DNA from: the human T2T-CHM13v2.0 reference genome, Homo sapiens
DNA length: 64,000 bases
NCBI RefSeq assembly: GCF_009914755.1
Contig: NC_060934.1
Direction: 5' to 3' (one strand)
In this document: positions 1 through 14,419 of the stretch, one piece after another
Numbering within the stretch: position 1 is the stretch's first letter
Layout of the letters: each line of letters opens with the position of its first letter
Position numbers and translations under genes: made by a program
The notes under the pieces: generated by a model
Told to the model about the DNA's origin: nothing
Database searches by the model: none
Seen by the model: the letters and a program-made list of their open reading frames with translations, nothing else

Positions 1-1057
1 ACTGCAGAAATTTGCATAAGTCGCAAGGAGCCTAATGTGACTCCCCAGGACCATGGGGAAAATGTCTCCAGGCCATGTCAGAGACCTTCACGGCAGTCCC
101 TCCCATCACAGACCTGGAGGCCCAGGAGGAAAAATTGGTTTCATAGACCTGGCCCTGGGTACCCATGCTGTGTGGAGCTTAGGGACTTGGTGCTCTGTGT
201 CCCAGCAGCTCCAGCCATGGTTGAAAGGGGCCAACGTAGAGCTTGGGCTGTGGCTTCAGAGGGTGGAAACCCCAAGCCTTAGCAGCTTCCACATAGTGTT
301 GAGCCTGTGGGTGCACAGAAGTCAAAAATTGAGGTTTGGGAACCTCTGCCTAGATTTCAGAAGATGTATGGAAACACCGGGATGCCCAGGCAGAAGTTTG
401 CTGCAGGGGTGGGGCCCTCTTGGAGAACCTCTGCTAGGGCAGTGCGGAAGGGAAATGTGGGGTCAGAGCCTCCAAGCAGAGTCCCTACTGGGGACCTGCC
501 TAGTGGAGCTGTGAGAAGAGGGCCACTGTCCTCCAGACCCCAGAATGGTAGATCCACAAACAGCTTGCACTGTGCACCTGGAAAAGCCACAGACACTTAG
601 TGCCAGCCTGAGAAAGCAGTGAGAGGGAGGCTGTACCCTGAAAAGCCATAGGGACGGAGCTGCCCAACACCATGGGAACCCACCTCTTGCATCAGCATGA
701 CATGGATATGAGACCTGGAGTCAAAGGAGATAATTTTGGAGCTTTAAAATTTGACTGCCCTGCTGGATTTCAGACTTGCGTGGGTCCTGTAATCCTTTTA
801 TTTTGGCCAATTTCTCCCATTTGGAACTGCTGTATTTATCCAACACCTCTACCCCCCATTGTATCTAGGAAGTAACTAGCTTGCTTTTGATTTTACAGAC
901 TCATAGGTGGAAGGGACTTGCCTTGTCTTGGATGAAACTTTGGACTGTGGACTTTTGGGTTGATGCTGAAATGGGTTAAAACTTTGGGGGACTATTGGGA
1001 AGGCATGATTGGTGTTGAAATGTGAGGACATGAGATTTGGAGGGGCCAGGGATGGAA
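1..1057 (+). mobile_element. THE1-type MaLR internal region (3' part, runs off window start)
   Basis: Typical THE1-int text (cctagatttcagaagatgtatggaaac...ggactgtggacttttgggttgatgctgaaatg) ending in a polypurine tract ggaggggccagggatggaa just before the LTR. Confidence 0.9.
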
Positions 1058-1412
1058 TGATATGGTTTGTCTGTGTCCCCATTCAAATCTCAACTTGAAT
1101 TCTATCTCCCAGAATTCCCATGTGTTTTGGGAGGGACCCAGGGGGAGGTAATTGAATCATGGAGGCCAGTCTTTCCCATGCTATTCTCATGACAGTAAAT
1201 AAGTCTCATGAGATCTGATGGGTTTATCAGGGGTTTCTGCTTATGTGTCTTCCTCAATTCTCTCTTGCTGCCACCATGTAAGAAGTGCCTTTTGCCCTCT
1301 GCCATGGTTATGAGACCTCCACAGCCATGCAGAACTGTAAGTCAAACTAAACCTCCTTTTCTTCCCAGTCTCAGGTATGTCTTTATCAGCAGCGTAAAAA
1401 CAGACAAATACA
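1058..1412 (+). mobile_element. THE1A-like 3' LTR
   Basis: Begins tgatatggtttg, ends cagacaaataca; internal gatctgatgggtttatcaggggtttc matches my recall of THE1A. Confidence 0.9.
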
Positions 1413-1477
1413 TATACATTAAATCATATTTGCTTAATTTTAAATTGTTGCCATAATGGAGTAAATTTGTAAAATAA

Positions 1478-1975
<498 letters not shown>

Positions 1976-1979
1976 TAAC

Positions 1980-2470
1980 TGTCTTCTGTGACAGTGAAAA
2001 ATCTGGCTCCCATCTCATCTTCTGTAATATATTTAGTCATTTGATCAATACCTTGTATGTAACCAATCCCTTATCACTGCCATTGCCCTAGGGACACCCT
2101 CCCCACCAGTGTATTAGAGCTGCCTTTCTTATCCTGTTCTGGCTCCAACACCCTGTGCTGGGCCACCTCCTTTCATGGATACCTCTTCAACCTACTCAGG
2201 CTGTGACACCCCAAGCTGGGCTGTTCCCTACTCCTCAGATGCCCCCTTTGCACCACTTGGGCTTGGCCACTCACACTGGGCCACCACTCACCCTCATGTA
2301 TGGCCCCTTTGACCTGCTTAGCCTTTGACACCCCGTGATCGCCTCCACCCCATGATGTGCTCCAGTGCCCCAGTGGCTGCTGTCTCATTTTGCATAGATG
2401 CCAACCTTGCTTAATCCCACGTAGTGGCTTCTAGCCTAAATTGTTTTGGAAGGAAAGGGAAGAGTATATG
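1980..2470 (-). mobile_element. Old L1 (L1MC-type) 3' UTR fragment
   Basis: gacagtgaaaaatctggctcccat...atatatttagtcatttgatcaat followed by repeated gacacccc...ctgggccacc units, as in L1MC 3' UTRs. Confidence 0.6.
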
Positions 2471-3107
2471 TGAAATATTTTGATGTACAGAAGTTTTACA
2501 TTTTAAAGAAAATAAACCTATTGACCTTTCTCTTCATGTTTTCTCAATTTAGCTCTATACTTAGGTCTTTCCTACCCATCTTAACTTGGGTCCCCCAAAG
2601 AGCAGAACCTGTGACAAAGGCCTATCTGCAGAGTTGATTTTGTGATTGGCTCCCAGGGAAGAGGAGTGGGAGGCTGGAAAGAGGGAGACAGGACAGGAGG
2701 GGAGGCCAACACAGGGGAAATAGGGGTCAGTCCTGCTGGGGTCCTGTCAGGAACTTTGGAGAACATGCCTCAGAATTGGCTCCCTGGCAGAGGGAAGAAG
2801 GTTTTTATTTCACAAGAATCAAAGGCTTCCCTGGGGGATGTGGACTGCTTGCACTCCCAATATTGTGCACACGGCAGAATGGCAGAGTTGGTCACTGACA
2901 GCAGGTATCCCAAAGAGCTGGGCCAGAGAAGCTGGGAGCAGAGAGAGAGGGAGATGTGGCATGGCGGGGGTGGTGAAACAAAAAGAGGAGCTGACAGGGT
3001 GTGACATGCGGCATAAAAGATGTCTGGCATGCAACTTGAAGATAATGTGAATCTTACTTCATATTTCATTTTAATACTCTATTTTTTAAATATTTAACCT
3101 ATCTGGA

Positions 3108-3413
<306 letters not shown>

Positions 3414-3440
3414 CTGGAATTTATTTTAAAGTGTGGTGTG

Positions 3441-4029
<589 letters not shown>

Positions 4030-5334
4030 TCATGTGGTGTGAGGTAGGGATAGAATTTAAATTTGCTCCCTGGTAGGTTGGTCAGTTATCCTCAAGCCAT
4101 AATTCACTGAATAGTCCATATTTTCCCATAATGACATGAAATTCTATCTTAAAAGTATATTAAAGTTTAAATATATTATGTATTGAATCTGCCTCATTGT
4201 TCCGTCTGCTAATTTTTTTTTTGCTAGTACCACACTGTTTTAATTATTGCAGATTTAGAATGCATTTTAAAATTTGCAGAACAAATATCCCTTTAGTGAT
4301 GTTCTTTTTTCAGAAATTTATTAGTGAGCAGTAGAAGTTTATTTTTCTAGAGGATCTTTTGAATTATTATTGTAATTTTTATTCTTTTTTTTTTTTTTTT
4401 TTTTACCTTCCCAGGGGGAAAGGGCCTGAGCTTGTACATTCTTCAGCCAAGTAGCAAACCTCTCTTTCACAGATGGTCAGAATACATAAAATCATATGAT
4501 ATAAAGACACAGATGGTGTGTTCCCACTCACTATGCTGCCCGCCTTTTAATTTTACTCTCACTGCTGTCCTGTGACTTTAGGAAAGAGCGGTTATTGTGT
4601 ACAGCACAAGTACAAGGCTTAGAAAATATTTTTTTTCCCCCAAAGGCACACAAATAAATATTAGACATAGAACTGAAATGCCTTTTTGTGTTCATAAGAC
4701 TTCTTAGAAAGAATGACAGTCTAGGAATTAAAGTCTGTGCTTCTAATGGGAAATCCTTGGTCCTGATGTGTTTACATTGAAGCAACTATTTTAACTGAGT
4801 CTTATGAAAGACCTTCTTAGGAGTGACAGGTATGAGCTATTGCAACAAAACATAGTGTACAATCTTATGTGAGGGTCTTTAAATAGAGAGCCGGTTATAA
4901 AGACTGTGTCCCTGATGTGTGGGGCTGGTCCTCCTCCCCAGCAGACCTCACCTCCCTGCCCTTTCAGCATCCCCTCCTTGGCCCCAGCTGATGGCTGATG
5001 CTCCCATTGGTCTCTGTGGTGCTACCTGCCACTGGCCTGCCAAGACCTCAGACCCTCGCTGTCTCCTTGTCCCATTTCCCCTGAGGCTTGTGGCTGGTTC
5101 TGTGGTTATGACTGAGTTGGCCCTTCTGACATCCTGATCCAGACACTTCCCAACCTAGGCTGTCTCAGCTCTCCAAAAGCACCCTGAAAATAAAAATGGA
5201 AAGGAGTTTGGCTCCTTGGGTGAGGTTGTTCCTGCTCTCCCTAAGACACTGTTCTTTTCTGTAAATTTCACCTATCTGAAAGAAACAGAATGCTTCTTGT
5301 TTCTTGGTGGGGAAAAGTAACCATAATGGAATGC

Positions 5335-5520
5335 CGCCTTCATGCTAGGCATTTTACAGGTCACCCCATTTAATCTTCACAATTCTATAGGAAGGGATGC
5401 TTGTCTCTGCTTTAGAGAGGAGGAAACTGAGGCCAGAGGGTTTATGGAACATGTGCAATGTCATGTGGAATGTTAATAGTGAAGCCAGGGCCAAAACCGA
5501 GGTCTGCCTGAGTCCAAGTC
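5335..5520 (-). mobile_element. MIR
   Basis: catttaatcttcacaa...gaggaaactgaggccagagg MIR core in reverse. Confidence 0.75.
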
Positions 5521-6962
5521 CAATTCCACAAACATGATGTTAACATACTCCTCGGTGCCAGGCACTGTGTTTTAGGGGCATAGCTGCCTCCCTATTGTCA
5601 AGGATTTTGAGCAGATCAGATTTGAGGACCTTTTTTCGATAGGTCTATATTTTTCTTACAGCCACTCCCCATTTTAAGCGCATCGTGAGTAGGCTTTTGG
5701 AGTCTGATCTATCGAGCTGGGTATGTTTGGAAAGCTACAGAGCAGTAGCCATAGAAAGACTGCGTGAGACAGAGTCCTAGCCTATCTGTCCAGCCAGTCG
5801 AACCTCATGTGTTCGCTGCTTTCATTTTCCCTTGGCTGAGGAAACGATGGTTTGGTTTTGCAAAGGAATGCTGGGGACTTCTGCCAGCTTGCTAACGGCC
5901 TTGCCCCATTCAGATGCATCGAACTCACAGAACATCGCTCCCCAGCTGCTGGCTCGCGGTTCTGAGAGTGCCTGAATAGAAAACCGCTCATTTCCCTTCG
6001 CAAAAGAGGCGCCCAAAGCAGATATTTCAATATATTCCAATTTAGCCGAGGGAAGCCAGAACATGGATGTTGTTGCCAAGGAAACCACCTCCTTCCTCCT
6101 GTGTGCTGTGCATACGTGTATCACTTCATCTCTCTGCTCTCCAAGGTAATATCATAGCTCCGTGCTTGGGGAAGGGTTTTTAAAAAGGCATATAAAACCT
6201 CTTAGCATCAAGAAGATTCATTAAATGATCTCATTCCAGAGAAGCTTAAATTATTCTTTTTAGATCCTTTTATGCTGAGGATGGGGAAATGGCTGAGTCA
6301 GTGCTATCTCTCGCAGCCCAGCTTGGTGTCTTCGTGGAGACAGTTTTTCAGAAATAAACAAATCAGAGTTCGCAAGCTTAGACAGGGCGAGTGTGTGTGT
6401 AATAAGAACGAGGCCGTCATGTAGCTGTAATGTCACGGTCTAATCCCTCCTAGAGGATCTGCCAAGACCACCTTGATCTGAGGGCCTCCTGGGTGTGAGG
6501 CCACATTGCACAGGGCAGGCTTCAAAGTGGAGACAAGAGAGGGTCGGTGTTGCAAGGCCACCTGTCAAAAGATTCCTTGTTCGGGAACTGCGTGGGGATT
6601 TCTGCTGCCCAATCTGTTCTCAGACCCACTCCTGGGCTGTTTTTGTCCTGCCTTGGTGTCTGGTCTTGGGTCCACCTCTCTCTCCTGGACGCTGCCATCA
6701 CCCCCTTCATTCCCACCTACCCTATTCTGTATGTTAAAGTCAGCACAATCGCCCTCATGCCTTACAACCCAAGAGACAAACTGGAGGGTGCACTTGGTAG
6801 TCATCTGAGAGCTCAGTGGGTGGCCCCGACTTTCACACCTTCTTCCTCTCAGCCCCTCCTGGTTTTTAGGGCTCAGATTCCCCCTTGCCCACTGCATATG
6901 CAGATTAAATTTGGCTTCTCTCTTTCAATTAGTGGCACTAGCCAAGAATATTGGTTTATATT

Positions 6963-7158
6963 AGTCATTCCCAGCTGGGGGGCAATTTTGCCCCCCAGGG
7001 GACATTTTTGGTTCTTATTTCGAGGAGGGAGTCCTGCTGGCATCTAACGTGCAGAGGCCAAGGACTCTGCTGAAACAACTTACAGTGCACAGTCCAGGCC
7101 TCTAAAAACAGAATTATCCAGCCCCAGGTGCCAATAGTGCTGTGGTTGAGAAACCCTG
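6963..7158. mobile_element. MER20 (hAT-Charlie)
   Basis: gggcaattttgccccccaggggacattt...tgctggcatcta...aatagtgctgtggttgagaaaccctg. Confidence 0.85.
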
Positions 7159-7189
7159 GCTTATACTTATTCTCTTTGCTCGTTGATGT

Positions 7190-7330
7190 AATAAATATTT
7201 ATTGAGTACCTACTATACACCAGGCTCTAAGCCAGCAGCTGGGGATGTGAACTGAACAAGACAGACATAGCTTCACTCACTTTCTCACATAGAGCCAATT
7301 GGGAGACGTTAAACAAATAATTACAATGAT
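7190..7330 (-). mobile_element. L2 3' end
   Basis: aaatatttattgagtacctactatacaccaggc...tgaacaagacagacatag. Confidence 0.7.
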
Positions 7331-7809
7331 ACAAATAAATTATTATTACAGCTTGAATCTAGATCTGACGTGGATATCCTGCCACAGTTCCGAAGTCTAC
7401 CTAGTGCCCCAGCCGAACCTGCCCTGGCTCCTAGGTGGGGTATGGACATCTGTGACATCCCTCCCCAACACCCCACCAAGCTGGGCTGCAAGACGGGTTA
7501 TGGTGGCCCCATGACTTCCTTCCTTGGTAAGCCACAGGACTTCCTTGTTAACTGCTTTGCTGTTGGTCATTGCAGAGAAATAGGGAACAATAAAAACAAC
7601 CTGAGGTGTGGCAAAGGCTCTAGGACTGCATCATCTGCTGAAGCTCCAGTCCCTGCGCTGCATCTCCTGAGTGGCATCTGTGATGGCAAACAAAGGCTCC
7701 TTGGGCTTCACGCTCTGCTTTCTTTCTAAGTGGTACTTACCACCCGCTGCATCCCAGCCTTCTTCTGACCAGCTTCCTCTTCTGATAGGCTTATTTCCAT
7801 GAAGTTTTT

Positions 7810-8030
7810 CAGAGTTAGAAGCATGAACTTTAGAACCAGATGATCCCGGTTGGAATCCATCTCTGGCACTTGCTATATGACCTTGGATAAGTTACTTAAC
7901 CTTTCTGTGTCTCAGTTTCTTTTTCTATAAAATGGGCATAATAAAATCTATCTAGCATAGTTATTGTAAGGATTAAGTAAGTTATTATATGCAGAGCTCT
8001 TGGTTCACAGTTAGTGCCATTTAAGCCTTT
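7810..8030 (+). mobile_element. MIR
   Basis: tgaccttggataagttacttaacctttctgtgtctcagtttc...aaaatggg core. Confidence 0.85.
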
Positions 8031-8806
8031 CTGTCATTCTTACTGTTACCATTTTCCTGGCATGTCAGTCTGATGATGCAGACGAGGCAGGAACTTTCGT
8101 CTCTGCCTCTCGTGGACTGCCCGATCAGCTCCACGGAACTCAGCCATGCCTGCAGTGCTGCAGGCCTTGCTTTGGACTGCTGGAGGCTGAGAAGTCAATG
8201 GATGTTGCTTGGGCATTTTGGGGGGTTTCCTTATGCAGGAGGAAGATGACAATCATTGTGGAAGCAGAAGGTTGTCATGGAAATGCACCTGTTCCAAGTC
8301 ATTGCACCCTGGGCTCTGGGCTGGCTCTGCACGGGCCTGCCATGCACTGACTTCAGCTTCATCTGAGTCAGTGGAAGGCTGGACAAAGGTAGACATCTTT
8401 CCTCACTGCCAGCCTGCCATTGCGGCTTTCTGTCTCTGGTGTGAACAGGCAATCGAGCTTTCCTGGTCTCCTGAGCTACTGTGAACGTGGCAGAAGATAG
8501 TGGACTCTGAATAACATTGGAAACAACTACTTCCTGGACGGCCACTGTGTGCATGGCCTGCGGGAGGGTGAGGGCAAGAGGACTGATGGTTACTGGGAAT
8601 CTTCTTCATGGCCAGGCTTCTGTGTGTCCTCTCACTTAATCCTCCAACAGCACTGTGAGGAAAATACAGCATCCCACCTCACAGGCGAGGAAGCTTAAGT
8701 TGAAGGAATGTTAAATTGCCTGCTCTGAGCCTCACAGCCGGGAGGTGACAGCCCCAGGATTGGCGGCCAGGGTTTGTCTGCCTTTAAAACTTATGTCATG
8801 TCCTTC

Positions 8807-9171
8807 TGTGTTATCTCGGTCTGTACAGGCTGCTACAGCAAAATACCATAGCCTGGGTAGTTTATGAACAACAGAAATTTATTTCTCATAGTTCTGGAGC
8901 CTGGAAGTCCAAGATCAAGGCTCTCGCAGGTTCAGTGTTCGGTGAGGACCCACTTCCTTATTCATAGACGTCCCCTTCTCACTGTGGCCTCACAGCAAGG
9001 GGTCAGGGTTCTCTCTGGGGCCTCTTTAAATAGGGTCACCAATCCCATTCATGAGGGCTGTACCCCCATGACCTAATCCCCTCCCAAAGGCCCCACTTCC
9101 CCATACCATCACCTTGGGGGTTAGGATTTTAACATGAATTTTGGGGGGACACAGGCATTCTGATCATAGCA
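8807..9171 (-). mobile_element. MLT1A-type solo LTR
   Basis: aacaacagaaatttatttctcatagttctggagcctggaagtccaagatcaagg ... ttttggggggacacaggcattctgatcatagca. Confidence 0.85.
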
Positions 9172-10573
9172 TATGTGTAGTTGCTCCTGGCCCGCTGGGG
9201 AAATCACCGTCTCCAAGCATGGCTCCCATCTGGTTACCCTGGGTGGCCAAGGTCAGCAGAGGTGCTTTGCCAACTGATTGGCACCCACACTACTTCTGTC
9301 CAGGTGGGCTGGGGCGAGGGTTGGGTCACAGTGGGACTCTGTGGGGCTCCGGGGACTGTCAGCTGCCCCGGGGCTGGAGGTCCTGCTGCTCTGTGCCCAT
9401 AGGCACCTCCTGGGAATCTGGCGACTTGCATCAGGGCCCGGAACTCACCCTGACAGTTCTTTCAGCTCTTGTCTTTTCCTCCCCTACCTACCTGCTCATC
9501 TCGCTTTCACACACAAAGCCTCCCCTGCACTCCCCGCTCCCCTCCTCAATCCCTTTCCCGGCTTTTGTACTTTATGATGCCGTGACTTGGGTGAGGAAAC
9601 TCATTAAAGTCATTATTCCGTGCACAGAAATGTGTCTTTCATCCCATTCATATTTAATGTTCCTCCCACTTGATCTTTTGATGCTTTTTAATTCTTGATA
9701 TTACATGACATACACACACAGCTCTCGTTGGGAATCGTTCTTTCTATAGAGTTGTCATGACTGCTCTCTGTGTGAGGAGGGCTCCTCCTTACGTATTTAT
9801 TAATTTCTAAAATGATGCCTGTATTTTGGGATTGATGCTGTCTGATGCTATTGACTTTGAATGATCAAGGGTGACATTGGGATAGGAGGAATTGTGGGAA
9901 CAGGACAGAGGTCTGGATTCTTCTCATGACTGTTGCTTTTCCTGCCTGGAGGCCAGGTGTCCATCTGTGAAATGGGCAGATGCATGCCTCATGGCCTAAT
10001 CCAATCCCTGCATTTGGCATCCGTTGGGATTTTCTGGGGTGTAAACACCTGGTTTAAATTCTGTCTAATTTGCTATAAAAAGGAATATTTTAGGAGGAGA
10101 TGGGGCTACCCATAGAATCACAGAAAAGGCTGAGAAATTGGCTGTCTGAGGGACAGATAACCAGGGCAGCTGCAGGGACCTGGGAGCGGGCTCCCTTCCG
10201 GCTCCGTGGTGAAAGGAAGGAGACCTAATGGCTGTCAATGGCTCTTTTCTCAGCTCAAGATTTAAATTCCAGTAAGTGAACATAGAATTGGCTCAGCTTG
10301 GGTCCCATGCCCAAGGAGAGGGCGGGGTGTTTTGATTGACAGTTATATTGAGATCTTATCCAATGAGGGCCAGGAGTTCCCCCAAGGTTAAGAGGCTGTT
10401 TTCAGAAGAACGATGGATTCTGAGTAGAAGAAACAACAAATGCCCTGAACACATCCCAAACCATGGGGAGGCAGTGAGACCATGGACAAAAAGAGGAAAA
10501 AGCAGGTTCTTCGGGTTCCAAATCTCTGACAGAGAGAGATACATTTCTGGGCCTCAGAGATTACCTTCTAATT

Positions 10574-10780
10574 CAGGAGGAGGCAAACTTTCTCTGGAAA
10601 GTGTCAGAGAGTAAATATTTTTGTCTTTCTGGCCCACATGACTTCTGCCATGATACCGTGGAAGTAGTGGTAGAAGACATGTAAATGAATGGGTGTGGCT
10701 GTGTTCCAATAAAGCTTTATTGATAAAAAACAAGTAGCAGGGTGGGTTGGGCCTGCAGGACACAGTGTGCTGGCCCAGGT
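10574..10780. mobile_element. MER58A
   Basis: ggcaaactttctctggaaag...aaatgaatgggtgtggctgtgttccaataaagctttatt. Confidence 0.8.
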
Positions 10781-10842
10781 TCTAGTTGACAGCTTTCACT
10801 TCTTAGAGAAGTTCCTTTCCAGCTTTAGCAATCCGGGTAAGA

Positions 10843-11020
10843 CAGTGGTTCTCCGATGTGGCTCTACTTCAGCAGACCCCAAGGAGCCTGTTGAGAATAC
10901 AGATGCCTGGGGCCCACCCCAGCCTTGTCAAATTGGAATTTCCAAGGATGGGCCCAAGGATCTGTATTTTTAACAGTTACTCCTAGTTAGTTCTGAACTA
11001 CACAGTGTTGTGAACTGGTC
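10843..11020. mobile_element. MER5-family element
   Basis: cagtggttctc...cagatgcctggggcccacccca...atctgtatttttaaca. Confidence 0.7.
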
Positions 11021-11824
11021 TTCTAAGACCCAGTGGAGCAGGTAAGACCATCTTCCGTGAAATGTGGATGTAGTAGAGAAACTGGGGAGGGCTTAGGAAC
11101 TGAGAGGAGAGGAAGGCTCTCCAGGGTTGGGGAACAGTGTGTGTGTAGGGCAGGCTTCCTGGAGGGGCCCATGCTGGCCCTAGATGGGAAATGGAGCTGT
11201 CCCAGCACTAACCTAGATTTTCCTAGCTCTCATCTCATTCTCTATCCTGTGGTATGCTATTCACAAGCCAGAGGGGAATTGATGGAAAGTCCGGGTATGA
11301 AATCTGAGCCATGCAGTTCCCTGCTGTGAGGCAGTAAGGTCTCAGAAAGTTTTCTGTTTTCATTATTTCGAAAAGGCTGCACCCATAACCCAGCCCTATT
11401 TCATGGCTTTCCTCCATGGCACCCCTTTCCCCTTGTCATCGTTCTTCTTCCTCCCCTACAGACCTGCTTTATCAGAAACTTCCTTTCTCCTTTGCCCTGA
11501 ATGACCCCCACCTGTGCCTCTTTCTGATACTGACCTTATTCTGGCAAACCCAGCTCCTTCTTGCTGTAATTTTTAATGGGAATAAGACTGCTGGGAGAAG
11601 CCCTCTCCCATCTCTTTCAGTTTTCCATGTTTTCTTCCTTAACAAACACCCCACTCATAAAACCTTTGGGGTCTTTTCTACTGAGGGTTGAAGCCTGTAG
11701 ATGCTAGCAGAGCAGCTGCACTGTAAAGAGGGAGGTGGGTTCCTAGGGGGTGGTCCTGGGCCCAGAAGGTTTCTGACCATCATCGCTCTCCCCTTGGACC
11801 TAAACAGGGCTCTTTGCTTGTTAC

Positions 11825-12362
11825 AATAGTAGGCATCCATTGCCTGCCCAACATTCACCTCCCTTTTCTGGCAGCAGAACACCTTTTTTCTCAGGAATTT
11901 ACTCCATCCCCACTTTGAGTCCAGGTGGATTGGGTGGATTAACTCCAGGATGGACATGGACCCAGGCCTGGCAAATCAGTGCATCGGATTCCCCTTGGCC
12001 ACAGTAATTGGTTCAGGGTTGGGTCTATGGGCAAAGTCCATGCTGGGTCTTATATGGGGTTGTACAGAGGAAAGAACTCTCTTTCTGGACTTGCTGTCAA
12101 ACTGGAGTTTTTGGAGTCCAAGTGGGGAGAGTGTGCTGAGAGTGAGTGTAGTACAGGGGAAAAACAAAGCCAAGATGTGCACCAGAGAGAGGATCAAAGA
12201 GTGAGAGAGAGAAAACAGGTCCAGAGGATGGGGTTTGAGCCTCTGGATCCAGCCGGACCTGAAGCCAGAAGACCTACATGCAGACTTGTCTACTATATGA
12301 AATCTTACATTCTCTTTCTGGATTAAGCCAGCTTAAGCTGCAACTCAGAGTCTTGACTGATA
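11825..12362 (+). mobile_element. Old MLT1 (K/L-type) LTR
   Basis: ccccttggccacagtaattggttcagg ... tttgagcctctggatccagccggacctgaagccaga ... gtcttgactgata. Confidence 0.7.
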
Positions 12363-14419
12363 GTTGACTTGGTGCTGGGAAGATGAGTCTCTCCACAGGG
12401 ATGCCTGAGCCACAGGGAGACTGCCGTAGTCAGCTGTGAGCTCTTTCTTGTCCTATCAGCACAGCCCAGATGAGTTCTCACCAGGAACAGGTACACAACA
12501 GTCATAAACTGACAGGGTTAGTCATAGGCCCGTTGTGCTCTGAAAGCTTTGTCAGAACAGACACACATCATTTGTCCCCTTCCACACCCCGCTAGCAGCT
12601 CTCAGCATGGTCCTCAGTGAATGTGCTGTTTGTCCAGCTGATTGAGGGGCAGCACAGCCTTCCTCACCACTCAACAACTGCCTGCACACTCTCCTGCCAT
12701 CCTGGTCTTGTCAGTATCACCCCACCGACCCAGTTTCCAAGTTAGAAGCCGTCGTCCTCTGCCTCTTTGATGTAATCCAGCCTCTTACTGCTTTTCCATC
12801 TCCACCACCACCTGCTTAGCTCAGACCTCAGCCTTTCTTAGGAGGAAGCCATTTGGCTCTGGAACTGACACCTACCCAGGTTGGCCTCTGTTCCTTACCT
12901 GTGAAACGGGGATGGAGCACTACACTTGAAATGTGAAATGTCTCCAAGGATTTGGATGTCAGGGGAATGTAATGGCCCTTTGAGCCATTATATTCAAAAG
13001 GAGCAGAAGAAAGACACAAAGTCACCTGCAAGAGGCAGTGGCCCAGAAAGCTTAGACATCACCTCCTGAATGTACATGAAGGCCATGTCCATCAGAAGGG
13101 AGCCTTGGCAGCCAATAGGAGCACAGAAAATGAGGCAGCCCAGAGGCACGCTTTCCTGTGGAATATCTGGACTGCATTATGGGCTTCTGTCAGTTGTGAA
13201 CAAGAACACACTAGAGCCTGATGCCACTGGCTCCTCCAGCAATGTCCGAAAGCGTTGACTTCCTGTGTTTGCTAGCCAACAGGGAAAGAATGTGCTGGTC
13301 AGGCAGTGCAACCGTTTGCAATGAGTAAGCTGGCATTTGGGCTTTGTTCATCGTCCTTGTGAGCTATGAGTCAGCATCTTGGAGACTGTGAAGTCTGGCC
13401 ATCAATGACACTGCATTTCTGGTTTGCAGGGCTTGGTCAGGCCCTGACCCCAGGTTCTCAAGGTCAGGAGTGTATCAGTGTGATCTAAGGGCTCTACGCC
13501 CTGAGATTCTGATTGATGAGGTCAAGTGGGACCAGGCCCTTCTACTGAACAGCTCCTCAAGGAGGCCTGGTGCACAGCCAGACTGAGACTCAGGGCCTGT
13601 GCATGGCTACCGCACCTCCCCTGGCTGCCTGTGGACCCCCTTTTCTGCCTCCTTTGAGCCTTTTCGCTTGGTGTTGCTGATTGACTTTCATGTTCACTTG
13701 AGTAATTTACATGGAGCCTGCTTTAATTCTCCTGAGACCCCCTGTAGGCTTTCATGAAATTAAACCCTCAACAACGACATTAGAGAAGGAAAAAGGGCCT
13801 CTTTATTTGGAAGTTGTGAACAAAAAGAGAACAGAACTGCTGGCAGTTTTTCTTCATCTGAATCTTCTGCTTCTGGCTCTGTAGTTGGATCTTGTACCAC
13901 CGGGGCTTTGCTTCCAGGATGGGGTGACTTAGGGTGGATGTAATTGTCATGACCTTCTGGGGGCCAGGATTTGGCCGGAATGACCACCATTCCAATTACT
14001 TGGCTTTTTGCTACTGGAAAGGCTGTGAGTTGGCTCTCTAAGGATTTCTAAATGACTAAGGCTGAGCACAGAAGCAGCACCCCAAAATCCTGTGCACCAA
14101 GGTTGGGGATGAATCCTCCTCTGATCCTTCTCCCAAGACTTCTGGATCAAGAGTGGGTTTCATTCATTTGGCCCCTCTGAGGAGACAAGTGGAGAAAGGA
14201 AGTTCTATTTACTACAGGGTCTGTGACTTTATGCGACTTAGAAGGGTACAAGTATGATAATTGTAGAAAGCAGAACATCACTCTGGCTAGGCTCTGTTGA
14301 CTTGGACAAAATCATCTCTAATCTATGATACATCCTGAGCCAAACTATACTCACTGTTGGAATTGGGGACATCATTCGCATGGCCTCACTTCTGTTGCTT
14401 GTTTTGCCCTCTAAATCTC

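Noticed and set aside
37-1456. Cluster of overlapping ORFs up to 153 aa
   Set aside because: All lie in THE1 internal/LTR sequence; degenerate MaLR remnants.
5579-6064. Apparent diverged inverted self-similarity between 5579-5821 and 5822-6064
   Set aside because: Needs many gaps with a drifting diagonal; not distinguishable from random alignment by eye.
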